A stretch of 64,000 bases of DNA, from positions 64,001-128,000 of IMG/VR virus record IMGVR_UViG_3300035670_000022, one strand, 5' to 3'. This stretch comes from a virus. This document shows positions 9,501-20,400 of this stretch, piece after piece. Numbering within the stretch: the stretch's first letter is position 1; each line of letters starts with the position of its first letter. The notes below the pieces were generated by a model that had not been told where the DNA came from, did not search any database, and saw nothing but the letters and a program-made list of their open reading frames with translations. Position numbers and translations under genes: made by a program.

Positions 9501-10271
9501 TTAGCGGCGACGACGACCGCTGGTGACAACTTTAGTCGCGCCACGGTTTACCGCAGGTAAGTCTACTTGAGACTTCCGTGCGGTCGGTGCGCCAGCTTTA
9601 ACGGCGGCTTGTTTGGCAACACCTACGGTACTGCCAATCAATTTACAGTCAGCCCATGCGACATTGGATAAGCCGACGGCGGGTTTTTTGGTCTGCGGAT
9701 TTAACCGCAATACCATGTCAAAGGTGACAATCCCGTCCGGGTTGGCTGCTACCACCCATAACCGCTTCGAAGAATGTTCGGTTGTGTACATGCACCCACG
9801 ACCGAAGTCTTCTTCATACTCTTCCCATAGTTCCGCATAGCGGATCAGGGATTCGAAGTCAGATTGGCTGATAACACCATTGTCAACAGACTCTTGACTG
9901 AATTCGATGGGCAAAGACCGCAGTCCTTTAATCCACTGTTGCCCTTTCGTCAGGGTTTTGCCTGTGGTGGCAGGCTGCATAGACCCATCAGGGTTCATAA
10001 CCCCTGACAGTCGTACTTTGACGGACACTTTTTCGGTGTTTTCGTCGTAGAAGGGGTCTTCTAAGACGATGCGAATCAAGTCGCATGATCCGTCTTCTGG
10101 TGCAAACTGCGAACGAGACATCAGACTTGTGTCAACAAAGAACTGATCGTACGCATCGCGCGCCTGCTCGATAAAACACTCGGGAATCCCCGCCAGTACT
10201 GTTTGCAGATCAGGATCTGCATATAGACCAGCGATGAACATTTCGGTGTTGGCGGCTTTGGCTTCTAACAT
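9501..10271 (-). CDS. Hypothetical protein with basic C-terminal tail
   Basis: AGGAG RBS; three promoter motifs upstream. Confidence 0.8.
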   Translation of the reverse strand: MLEAKAANTEMFIAGLYADPDLQTVLAGIPECFIEQARDAYDQFFVDTSLMSRSQFAPEDGSCDLIRIVLEDPFYDENTEKVSVKVRLSGVMNPDGSMQPATTGKTLTKGQQWIKGLRSLPIEFSQESVDNGVISQSDFESLIRYAELWEEYEEDFGRGCMYTTEHSSKRLWVVAANPDGIVTFDMVLRLNPQTKKPAVGLSNVAWADCKLIGSTVGVAKQAAVKAGAPTARKSQVDLPAVNRGATKVVTSGRRRR

Positions 10272-10535
10272 AGGTATAATCTCCTAATTGTTTATTCATG
10301 CACTCTTCTCTGTTGTTAGACAGGGTAGAGCAGGGCTATTTAGAACCCTAAAGGTTCTTTTTTATTCCCGTTTACTTCTCTCTGTTGTTCGTCTAGGTTG
10401 TTCTAGGTTGTTCTAGGCTTAAGCAGACACGCTCAGGTTGTCTGTCTTTGGGTTTTTAAGGAACGTGGCAACGTACTCCTCTCTGTAAAAAAAGGGGCAT
10501 GCGCCGCTGCATATGCAGGGGCGCATGCCAGCGTC

Positions 10536-11240
10536 CTATTTAGGACGCCGTCCGCTTCCGACCACTTTCGTGGTGGGAGCGGACTTTGCCCCTTTAGGGG
10601 CACCGCCCCCGAAGAGGGCGGAAACGTCCTCTACTGCAACGCAGTCGAGGGCGGCGTGCTCGGAGGGCTCTGCCCCTCCCGAGCCGCAAAAGACTGCATC
10701 ACTGCAGTCGAGGGCTGAGATATACAGCCCGTACTTGCCGCCGGCGGCAAGTTGGAACCGTACGGTTCCTTGCACCCACACAGGGTGCTCCTTTTGCCGA
10801 ACGGCAAAAGACTTCGAGTCTGCTTTAGCCTCGAAGTGATATTTGACCAGTTGGTCAAATATCTCCTCTGCCCCTTCTGGGGCAGAGTCGAACGCCACCT
10901 TGGCGTTCAACGTGAACCATTGGGGTTTACCCCCAAGGTTCGCGTCCTTCTGCGGAAGGACGGATTTTGGGTCGACAGACCCATAATCCACAGCCTTTCC
11001 GTGAAGGCTGATGCACGTAAGTGCAAACGACAGCACGTAAGTGCCGTCGTCGTACAGCGACGCGTCGGTAACGGTAAGCCCGAAGGGCTTCCGTTGACCG
11101 AAGAGATCGGGACCGATCTCTATGCAACTGTGTCCCGTTAGGAGACACAGTTGCATAGGCAGTCCGGAGGACTGCAGGTAGGCAGCGGCTGCTGCTTTGT
11201 CTTCGCCGAAGGTGGAGATAACGGAAGTGACGGTAGTCAT
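10536..11240 (-). CDS. Hypothetical protein with basic C-terminal tail
   Basis: Two promoter motifs upstream; terminator downstream. Confidence 0.8.
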   Translation of the reverse strand: MTTVTSVISTFGEDKAAAAAYLQSSGLPMQLCLLTGHSCIEIGPDLFGQRKPFGLTVTDASLYDDGTYVLSFALTCISLHGKAVDYGSVDPKSVLPQKDANLGGKPQWFTLNAKVAFDSAPEGAEEIFDQLVKYHFEAKADSKSFAVRQKEHPVWVQGTVRFQLAAGGKYGLYISALDCSDAVFCGSGGAEPSEHAALDCVAVEDVSALFGGGAPKGAKSAPTTKVVGSGRRPK

Positions 11241-11452
11241 GACGTTGACGGCTCGTAGAGCCGTAAGAAAGTGCTTGCACTTCTCTCTGTTTCTCCGGAC
11301 CCGAAGGGTCTGGAGACTCTCTCGAAGAGAGAGTTAAGAGTGCTTGCACTCTTCTCTGTTCCGCTCGTTAGAGCGGCATAGAAGACTTAGGGACCCGCGC
11401 GGAATAGGTAATGAGTTAGCTAGTTAGCGGGGCTAACTAGCAGAGGGTGATA

Positions 11453-14400
11453 TTACGAGAATTGGGTCTCCATCCAATCCAAAGCGATATCTGAAGTGTG
11501 GTAGGAGTCGACTAGCATGCTCCACATTTGCTCTGATGTAAGTTCGGAGTTAAATTCACAGTCTGTTGCAAAGTAGACTAAATCAGCTTTAGGAAAGCGA
11601 CTAGGTCCGACATACAAAGCAGCTTTATGCTGAGCCGGAATAGCTGTTACTTTACCTTTGCTGACGTAATACATATGCAGAACTCCCGGGCGGTTTATAG
11701 TCAAACCCTGGCTTTTCATTAGAGTCATAGCAAAACAAGGGTGCGCCGGGATTTGTCGGAAGGTTCCTATGGGACGACCCGACTTATCTTTAGGCCCTTC
11801 AAAGTCTGCATAGTCTAGAGTGATGACTTGCTTAGTAGTGTCTAGACGCACGTTGATAGAGTTTTTACCTAGTTTGGTAACTACTCCTGTGCTTCCATTA
11901 GCTGCAATAAGTGCACCGCCTCCGTTCTGTATGTTCTTACGAATCATTACAGGCATATCGACGCAGAAAGTCATCTCTTCTTCAATTGGATTAAAGATAG
12001 TGACAAACTCTTGCTTCTCGCCGTCGTAGGCTTTCTTCAGATACCAGTCTCCGAATTTACCTGTGACGTGGGCGCGATACGACTTGTTGTCTGCACCGTT
12101 AGCGATCATCTCAGCGGTCTTGCGGCTATTGTGCCGTTTTACTCCGATATTGTTGAAGTAGATGTGGATAGCATCTTCCGGAGCTTTGGTGGTAACACTA
12201 GCATCAAAGCGGTCTTTGATTAAGTTACCTTTCACGCCGGTTAATTGCAGCCGGTCCATACGTAACAGGTTAAGACAATCTACCCAGGCTTTATCTCCGT
12301 CGGCACGGATATTGTGCTTCAGGTTTATCATGACGAAGTCTCGGCGCTTAACAAAACTGCCGTAGCTGACATTGTTCTTTGCCCCTTTGATGAACACAGG
12401 TTCAAAGAAGAGGGAGCCTTTAACAGGTAAGAACTGCATTGGATCCCCTACTAACAGCCATTGAATGTTGATACCTTCTTCTATCGCAGCATCTTCGATG
12501 ATGTTTAAGAAGCGGTTGTCTACCATGCTGACTTCATCAACGATGACCATGAGTGGGCGTTTACCCAGGTAGTTCTTGGCGCTCTTGAAGAAGCGACTGT
12601 CTTTAACGTCTGACTTGAGTAGGTGGTACTCTTCGTACTCGCTACACTTTTTGCTCTCTGTTTTTTCGAATCCCAATTTGAGACCGAACATTGAGTTAAT
12701 TGTGCCGTCCCCACCGACGTTCATCACTGAAGTACCTGTAGAGCCAACAATGACGTAGGGGAGTTTGAGTAAGTCAAAGATGTGACGCGCTACTTCGACA
12801 CTGTAAGACTTGCCGCCTCCGCCTACACCGGTCAGCATAATATTGCTGCCATTAATAGCTTCAGCTACGACGTCTAACTGTCGAGCAGTCATGGTTTCTA
12901 GAGCGGGTAGGTAAGACTCCTCGTCTATAGTCGCATTGACGTTGGTGATTGCGTCGATAGCGGCTTGTAGAGCCTCGGGCTTACGTTTACGGTCTGCTTC
13001 TATCTCCATTTGGACTTTGGTCTCCTCTTGCTTAGCTTTTTTCTGTGCGTGTTTGCGTACCTTTTTAAGTGAGGGTACGATCTTTTTGCCTTTGCTGTTG
13101 ACAACAGGCTTAACAGATCCTACCTCTACTGTTTTAGGTTCTACAGATTTCTGTTTTTCCGCAACAGGGGTGGGAGTCTCTACTTTAAGAGACACTGCTT
13201 TAGAAAGAGGGATGTCTTCTGGTTCATCCTCGGGGGCATACATCTCAAAATCAGAAGATGTATCTTCGTCCTCGATTTGATCTTCAGACTCTTCAGGCGC
13301 TGTTAATACGTCAGACGCGTCTTCTGTGGTCATAGGTTTATCTTCGACCACTTTTACCGATGACAAAGAGACAAAATTAGAGATAGGGATCTCGTCATCC
13401 ATCTCGTAGTCATCATCAAAGTATACGCCTGTAGACTGATCTTCTTCTGTTTCGGGAACAGCAGCGTCAAAGCTGTCGTCTTGAGTACTTGTACTTTTCT
13501 CTGTTTCTACTAGAACCACAGGAATAGACTTGTATAAGTCGGTGATCTTTGTATGTAGAGTCTCAGGCATATCAGGCACTGTCTCAAGAATCATTAGCAA
13601 CATAGCAGCAACTTGGTTACCAGGATCAGGAGTCGACATAGGCTCTGCTTTGATAGCGGCAGAAGTGGGTTCAATCACTTCCGGCTGGTTGGGAGTAGTT
13701 GTTACCTCAACAGCAGGTTGCTCGTCAGCTGCTTCATCAAGTTCTATTAGAGCAGCTAACAAGTCTTCCTTCTTGCCGTTTAACTTAGGAACGGTATGCC
13801 CCGCGTCACGGTACTCTTTTAGCGCCTCTTTGATATCAGAGTAAGACAGAGAGGAGTACACGTCAGAAACAGAAGAGTCAACATCAGCTTCGACTTCAGC
13901 TTCGACTTCAGCTTCGACTTCAGCTTCATCTACTGGTTTAAGAGCAGGGTGATTAGTGTCGACCATCCAGTTGAGCATCTCAATGATGAGATCGCCGTGG
14001 CAAGGCAAAGGTGCGCAGAAGCAGACTAAGTCTTTTTGCTCTGCGTAGAGGCGGGCTAACTCATTCAGCACAACGCTGTCATTAGCATCTACCTTCTCTT
14101 GTAGCCAAACACGGTACAGTTCATAACACTCTTTCCGTGTGCCGTGTTTTCCAACGACAGCCTTGTTTGCTAGAACGCTACCTTTCTTGCCTTTACCAGG
14201 ACGTCCTATATACTCACCAAATACGCTGTCACCGTTTTTGATGTTTAAGACTTTCATAGTGCAGTGTCCTTCAGAAGATGTAGGAGGCTCAGAGTCTGAT
14301 TTAGGTTTAACCATACGTACAGTGACGTTATAGCGGACACCTTCACCACCTTCGTTGCCTTCATAGCCGTGGCGGGCGTAGCGTTTGTTGCCATAGAAGA

Positions 14401-17400
14401 CAATCAAATCACCATCGCCTACCTCGTATTTCTCTCCGTCTATTTGGAAGATACCGCTCTGGCCGAAGCTGAAAGACACAATAGGAGCATCTACTTCTTC
14501 GTCTTTATCGACGTGAAGGTTCAGCTTCTGTGCGCCTGCATATCGATTAATTAGACAGGTTTGAGCCTCGTACCCATCAAAGATGTCCAGTTGGGCGACT
14601 ATCTTTTCAGCAGTCTCTTTTAGAATGTTAGGCATCTCAACCACAGGCGAACCAGACGGCTGAGTGTTAAGGTATCGACCTTTACCTTTATTCCATACCC
14701 AGAATTGCTGACCAGCACAGGTATAACTGTAGCTCTTGGCTGTAAAGCGCGTCTTCTCACCATCTTCAAAGGTCTCTTCAATGGCTGCTCGTAGCTCATC
14801 ATAGATTCCCTCGTCTTGGCAATAGGATTGCTGAATGTACAGCCCGTCTTCGGTGTATACCGTCAACTCTTCTTTGTCGGACTCGGTGCGAAGCGCGTCT
14901 CGAACTTTCATAAGAAGGACGCCTTGCATGTTCTTACCTTGACGTTTCTTATTCACGCCCCAGAACGTGTCCCAGGGAGAGAGGTGTACAAGGTCGATAT
15001 CTTCTGTTTCTAACAGTTGAGTACGAGCAGGCTCATGGCTGAATTTGCCAAGCAGGACCTCGTACATTACATCGACTTTTACTTGTTCCCAGTCTTTTCG
15101 TAGCCTTACTTTTGCACCTTTAGCCTTTGCCTGTTTACCGTTCATAGCCGCGAACTCTTTAATAAGAGCGTGGCTCGGGTTGAGCACTTTGGCACACTGA
15201 TAGGCTCCCTCTGCTGTTGCATACTCTACGCCTTTGTATGTACAGGGTGCCCCCAGGAAGTTACTAAACTCTTTATACGTAGGCGTATAGGAGTTAAATA
15301 AGATGCAGTCGCCTTCCCAAGTGTCTTTATCTGCCGGATGCTCTTGTTGGGCTTCTACTTCCTGTTGTGCTTTAAGCATAGCCACGTTGATCACAGTGGT
15401 GTTCTTAACACGTTTGATGTTCTTCTTGCTACCAGGAGAAACGCCGTCCCAGATGACGAGACTCTCATCACAGTTACGATGCATCTTTTCATCCCGAGCA
15501 GTGAAGTCACCGTAGACAGCATAGGTTTCAAAGTCACCTACATTGTTGCGGCATCCTTTGCGGGAAGAGTACCAAACGCGCACGTTGGTGACACCTTGCT
15601 CAAAGAGATAGCTTTGTACAAGCATGTCTACACCAGCAGCATCACCAACGTTGAAGTTAAAGCCCTGATCGATATAGCTGTCGATCACATCTAAGGCTTC
15701 TTCAGGTAGACGTTTGATAGAACGGCTGCCAGAGATCACCACTTGGGTGTGATTTACCTCTAACTCTTCCGTAGACGTATCCTCTTCAGTGTCAGAAGAG
15801 TCAACAGATTCACCGCCGTCTCCATCGTCGTTAGGCTCATCGTCGGTCGGCTCTACACCGCCGTCAGAGTCATCTTCATCAGAGTCGTCTTCTTCTTCTT
15901 CGGTAATACCATCGTTAAAGTTATGGATCACAGAGAAGAAGTTGTCTTTACTCTCTTCGACAGAGTGGATCTCTTTCAAGAAGAAGTTTAGGTCGGCATC
16001 AGACCACTCGAGAGTGCTGATTTGAGTGTAGTCGTACATCTCTTTACCGAGAACTTCGTCTAGCTGAGAGAGAGACATTAGCGGAACGTTGGTTTGAAGC
16101 ACTTTAGCCCCTGTGGGGTGAGACTTAAGTGCGTTTAGCCACGCTATACTTTCTTGATAGATGACAGTATCCCCAAAGTAGAAGTTACCGCGGCCACCTT
16201 GGAAGATCGTATAAAGCAAGTAGGAAATCCCGTAGGTGGGGGTCTCTTTACCTCGCTTAACTACGTAATAGTCTTGCAGGAGGTGCATAGCAATTGTTAC
16301 CTCTTCCGCTAATTCGCAGTTAGCGCCGAGTTCAGCCAACGTTTCTTCTACTTTGTCCTCTAGGGCACGCTCTAAACGCATTTCTCCCAGCAGGGTTTCT
16401 AGAACTGTGCAGTTAGCAACAGCAACCTCATCGGTAACATTGCATTCTCGCAGGTTCAGAACCATGAGGTCGATCGTCTTGGTGCGAGGCATATCCAGAC
16501 GGGTGCTACGTAGACGATCATAGGCTTCTGCTACATCAAAGCGAATAAACTCGTCATCCCAGTTGGATAGGATTCCATGTAGCTCTTGAGTAACTTCAGC
16601 ATTGGCAAAGTCTTTAATCTTAACGGACTGTTTGCTGCAGCCGTCGTAGATAGATTTACCAAACATGATCGGCTTTAAGAATCGTTCCCAGAGAGATACA
16701 CCGCCGGGGCTGAATCCGCCGAGCATAATCTCGTACACTTCTGCCAAGACCAGCATGAGTTTGTTGATCTGAGTTTGACGATACTTGTCTAGCTCTAAAG
16801 GCACGAATGCACTTAGACCTTCAACACCGTCTTCACCAAACAAGTCCAACTTATCTAACTCGCCGATGATGCTAACCGCAAGCATACCGAGCATGTATGC
16901 AGCGTACATAACACCAACACCGACGTGCTGAATGCTGTATGCCAGGAAGTTGTATTTGACTAGATCTGAGCTGTTGATCATAGCCTTCTCTGGCAGTGCT
17001 TCTGCTAACTTGTTGATAACTACAGATGCATCTTTGTAAGACTTGATGGTGTAGTGGTCAGCAGCGTAATCCCCGCATGTGGGAGAGAACATGTCCATAC
17101 CTATAGCAGCGGAGCGCAGTTCACGAACCTTTTCATAGGTGGTGATGTGCTTAAGGCTCAGGTGCTTACAGTGAGTGATAAAGTGGTTATCACCATCATC
17201 GTCACCACCGTCTAGGTTGACAGACATAGCACTGACGCCGAATTGTACGGGGCTAATCTCGTACGCAAGAAGAGTATTGTCTTGAACCTCATCAGCAAAA
17301 GGTACACGTCGTTGTCCAAGATAGACCTCGACAGTTTCTTTACCGGTTTCGGTCTCGACTTCAACTTTCTCCCATACCTCTTCGATTAAACGAACCCGTT

Positions 17401-20400
17401 CAATCGGACCCATAGGCATAGGCGCACGGTTACCGCACGTAATTACACCTTCGGCTACAGACTGGCGGTCTAGAGGAATACCGCTACGTAGACACTCTTG
17501 ATATGGAGAGGAGACGACGTTGGTTTCTAGAATCCAGACTTCTCCTACAGGAATAGCAGGGTGACCGATACGCTTCGCACCGACTGCTTTATCGCCAGAG
17601 AAATACTTGCGGGAGTTCTTAGATGTAGCTAGAGAGTTAAGCACACCGCCGACCTGGTTAAGGGCGATCTGTTGCTTTTCGCTACCACCATTGATACACG
17701 GGATAAGTATTTCGAAGAAGAACATGGAGACGAAGTCCAAGTTATCATCGCTCTTGCGAGTCAGCTTAGAAAAAGCCAGCATGGCAGGGAGCCACATGGA
17801 CACTTTACCTTCTCCGGTTTCAAAGACGAAGACCATATCCTGAGTTGCTTCGGCAACCAGGCGGAAGAGGTTGTCTTGATGCGGATCAATCTGTCCAGGC
17901 TCAATACCGACTTTGCGTAGACGCTCATCCATAAGATCCTGACACTCGTTGCTGGTGTCATCTCCACCAAAGCAGATGCCTTCTTCATCAACGATGATGG
18001 ACACTACTTTGAGATTAGGATTAATGGTATTCCCAGCATTGAACGCGGCTAGCGCTTTAGCACGGTACAGCGCTTCTTTACCGCAGGACACCATACGACG
18101 CTGCTCAGCCAATACATCTTCGTCGTCCCCAGCTACAATGCTCAAGGACATGATATAAGGCAACAACTGAACGGAGGTCGTTACGGCTTCTGCTACCGTA
18201 GAAGACTCGAATAGCTCTACGTTGTAGAGTTGAGCTTCAGGTACGGAGAGGTACATTACGCCACGTTGTGCGACTTCTACCACTTTTCCGTCTTTAAGAA
18301 CAAAGGCGAGAATGTTGCTTTCCCACTCAATTTCTTTCTGCTCAGAGACTACGTAGAGGTTATCTCCTAAGTTGGCTAATTCAGGTAGGTACTCTAAATA
18401 GTTCTCTACGTGATACCACGCTGCCTTCCGTGCTTTTTCGTTCTCTTCGGTGTCAGGAAGTAATCCGGCGGCTACTTTCTCTTGGTAGAGGTCATACATA
18501 ACACGACCCATACCTTCAGCCTGTATCCAGTGAAGCCAGCGGGCTTGACCGAAGATGCTGTCGAAGTACTTATACATCTCATCATAGATACCAGCAGCAA
18601 CAGCAGCGGGCTCGATGATAAGCACGGGTTTGCCGTCGACCAGATTCTCGTGTCCTACCAACTGACGGTTGATGTCAGAGATATATTCACGAAGGGTCTT
18701 AACCACGTCTGTTTCTACTTCGTTGTAGAACGCAGTGTTGGCAATTATGAAGCACATCGCATAGCCCAAGTCGAGCTTAAGGCTATCTTGCAGGTGTAGT
18801 CCGTGTACAGTGATCTCGTCCGAGTTAAGGTCAGAGTTTAGATCATTGAACAAGATAGCAGGCGTAGCCGTAAAGAACTGCGACTTGTTAACACTACGAG
18901 ACTTCATATCAAACTCGCGGCGTTTGATGAAGTACTCGATGCTGAGATACTCAGTGCTGTTATCCATACCGACAACAACGCGCCAGCGGAAGTAGGTTAA
19001 CTGACCCTCTACACGGTGTTGATGGTAGATGGGAATCGTTCCGTGTACGCCGAAGAGGATCTCTTTACCTGTTCCGTTAACGAGCACCTCATCTTGCGGA
19101 GTGACATACATCCAGCCGTCTTCGCTCTCTACACTGTCCCAGGTGTTTTCGATCACACCGGTAACATTAGTTTGAGTAAAGTCGAACGGAGAACCGTCTA
19201 CTATATCAAACGTGTTACGGACAATTAGAATGCGTTGATCCGGGTTTGCTTCCGGTTTGTCTTTCTGTTCACCCAAGAACGCGGACATACCAGGCAGGTT
19301 AACGTGGCTCGGCGCATAGGCAGTCTTATCTAACCAGCCGTAGGTGGCATACTTCTGGTCGATAAGTTTAGCCGCAGAAGGCTGCTCGTCTTTGACGCTC
19401 TCAGCTTGAGCCATCCACAAAGACACCCGCTTCAGGAGTTTCTTCGCCTTCAACGAGTTGACGATTACTTTTCCTGCTTCGATTTCGCAGCCAAAGTTGC
19501 TGACGATCTTAGCGAACAGGTTCGGTGCATGCTTGCTGACCAAGTCTAGATTGACGTGACCCAAGGCACCAGCAACAAACTGTCCTTTGGTGTGGTGGAA
19601 GTCTAACCCATACTGCTCATGGGCCATTTCCATCACAATGTCCATCACTTCAGCAATTTCGATAGAGTCATCAAAGACAGCTGCAGTTTCGATCATTTGA
19701 AACTCTTCGTCTATGTCTGCCTCTACACCGCTGTAGCGTTCAGGTAGGACTTTAGCAGCCTTACCCTCTAGAGCAACCCACTTCCCATTACTGTTCAGCG
19801 GTGTGCGCTCTTTGAACATCACGGTGGAGAAGGTGTTGATGAGCAAGTGGTGTGCAGCACCGTTTTGGTCTAACACTCGGTCCGTAGTCATCTTAAAGAT
19901 GTTGCCCATCTTTTGCAGACATGACTTCACATTCTCTAATGTGGTAGAGAAAATGCCGGCGCTGCCAGACCAGTTAGAGAGGATAGGCAAGTACACGAGC
20001 CAGATGAAGTACATAAACATACTCAGGCTGGTGACTAACTTGATTTCTACCTCGTAGGGGCTGCCCTTAGGATCGGCTTTCTTCTCTTCTTTTGTCTTTT
20101 TACGTCCGTTGACAACAAGACAGCTATTGAAAGCACGACCACGCCAGTCATAGACAGTACCGTCGTCATCGAAGTAGAAAGCAGCAGCGCCGTCTATCTT
20201 AAGCGCTTTCATGCCATCTATCTCTACGAAGTCCAAGACTCCTTTGATATCGACAGCCTTACGGTTACGGCTCCGCTTTGTCTTCTTACCAGCGACTTCC
20301 ATCATGTCTTGAATGATGGTGATAACACCTTCAATCTCAGACAGTTGCCAGTCGTAGTCTAAGATTGGCATGTCGATGGTTGAGCAGGCATACTTGTCCC

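Larger units (their letters stand above)
5931..10529 (-). terminator. Series of intrinsic terminators between middle genes
   Basis: Stem-loops followed by T-runs on the minus strand at 5931-5951, 7016-7043, 8763-8794, 9237-9259, 9475-9492 and 10496-10529. Confidence 0.75.

Noticed and set aside
13885-13926. 12-bp tandem repeat (EAEV x3)
   Set aside because: Simple slippage in a disordered linker; no further structure
15770-15900. DDGDG and DSDG sequences as additional polymerase motifs
   Set aside because: They lie in a low-complexity acidic linker without flanking beta-strand or NRxP context, unlike the motif at 17189-17209
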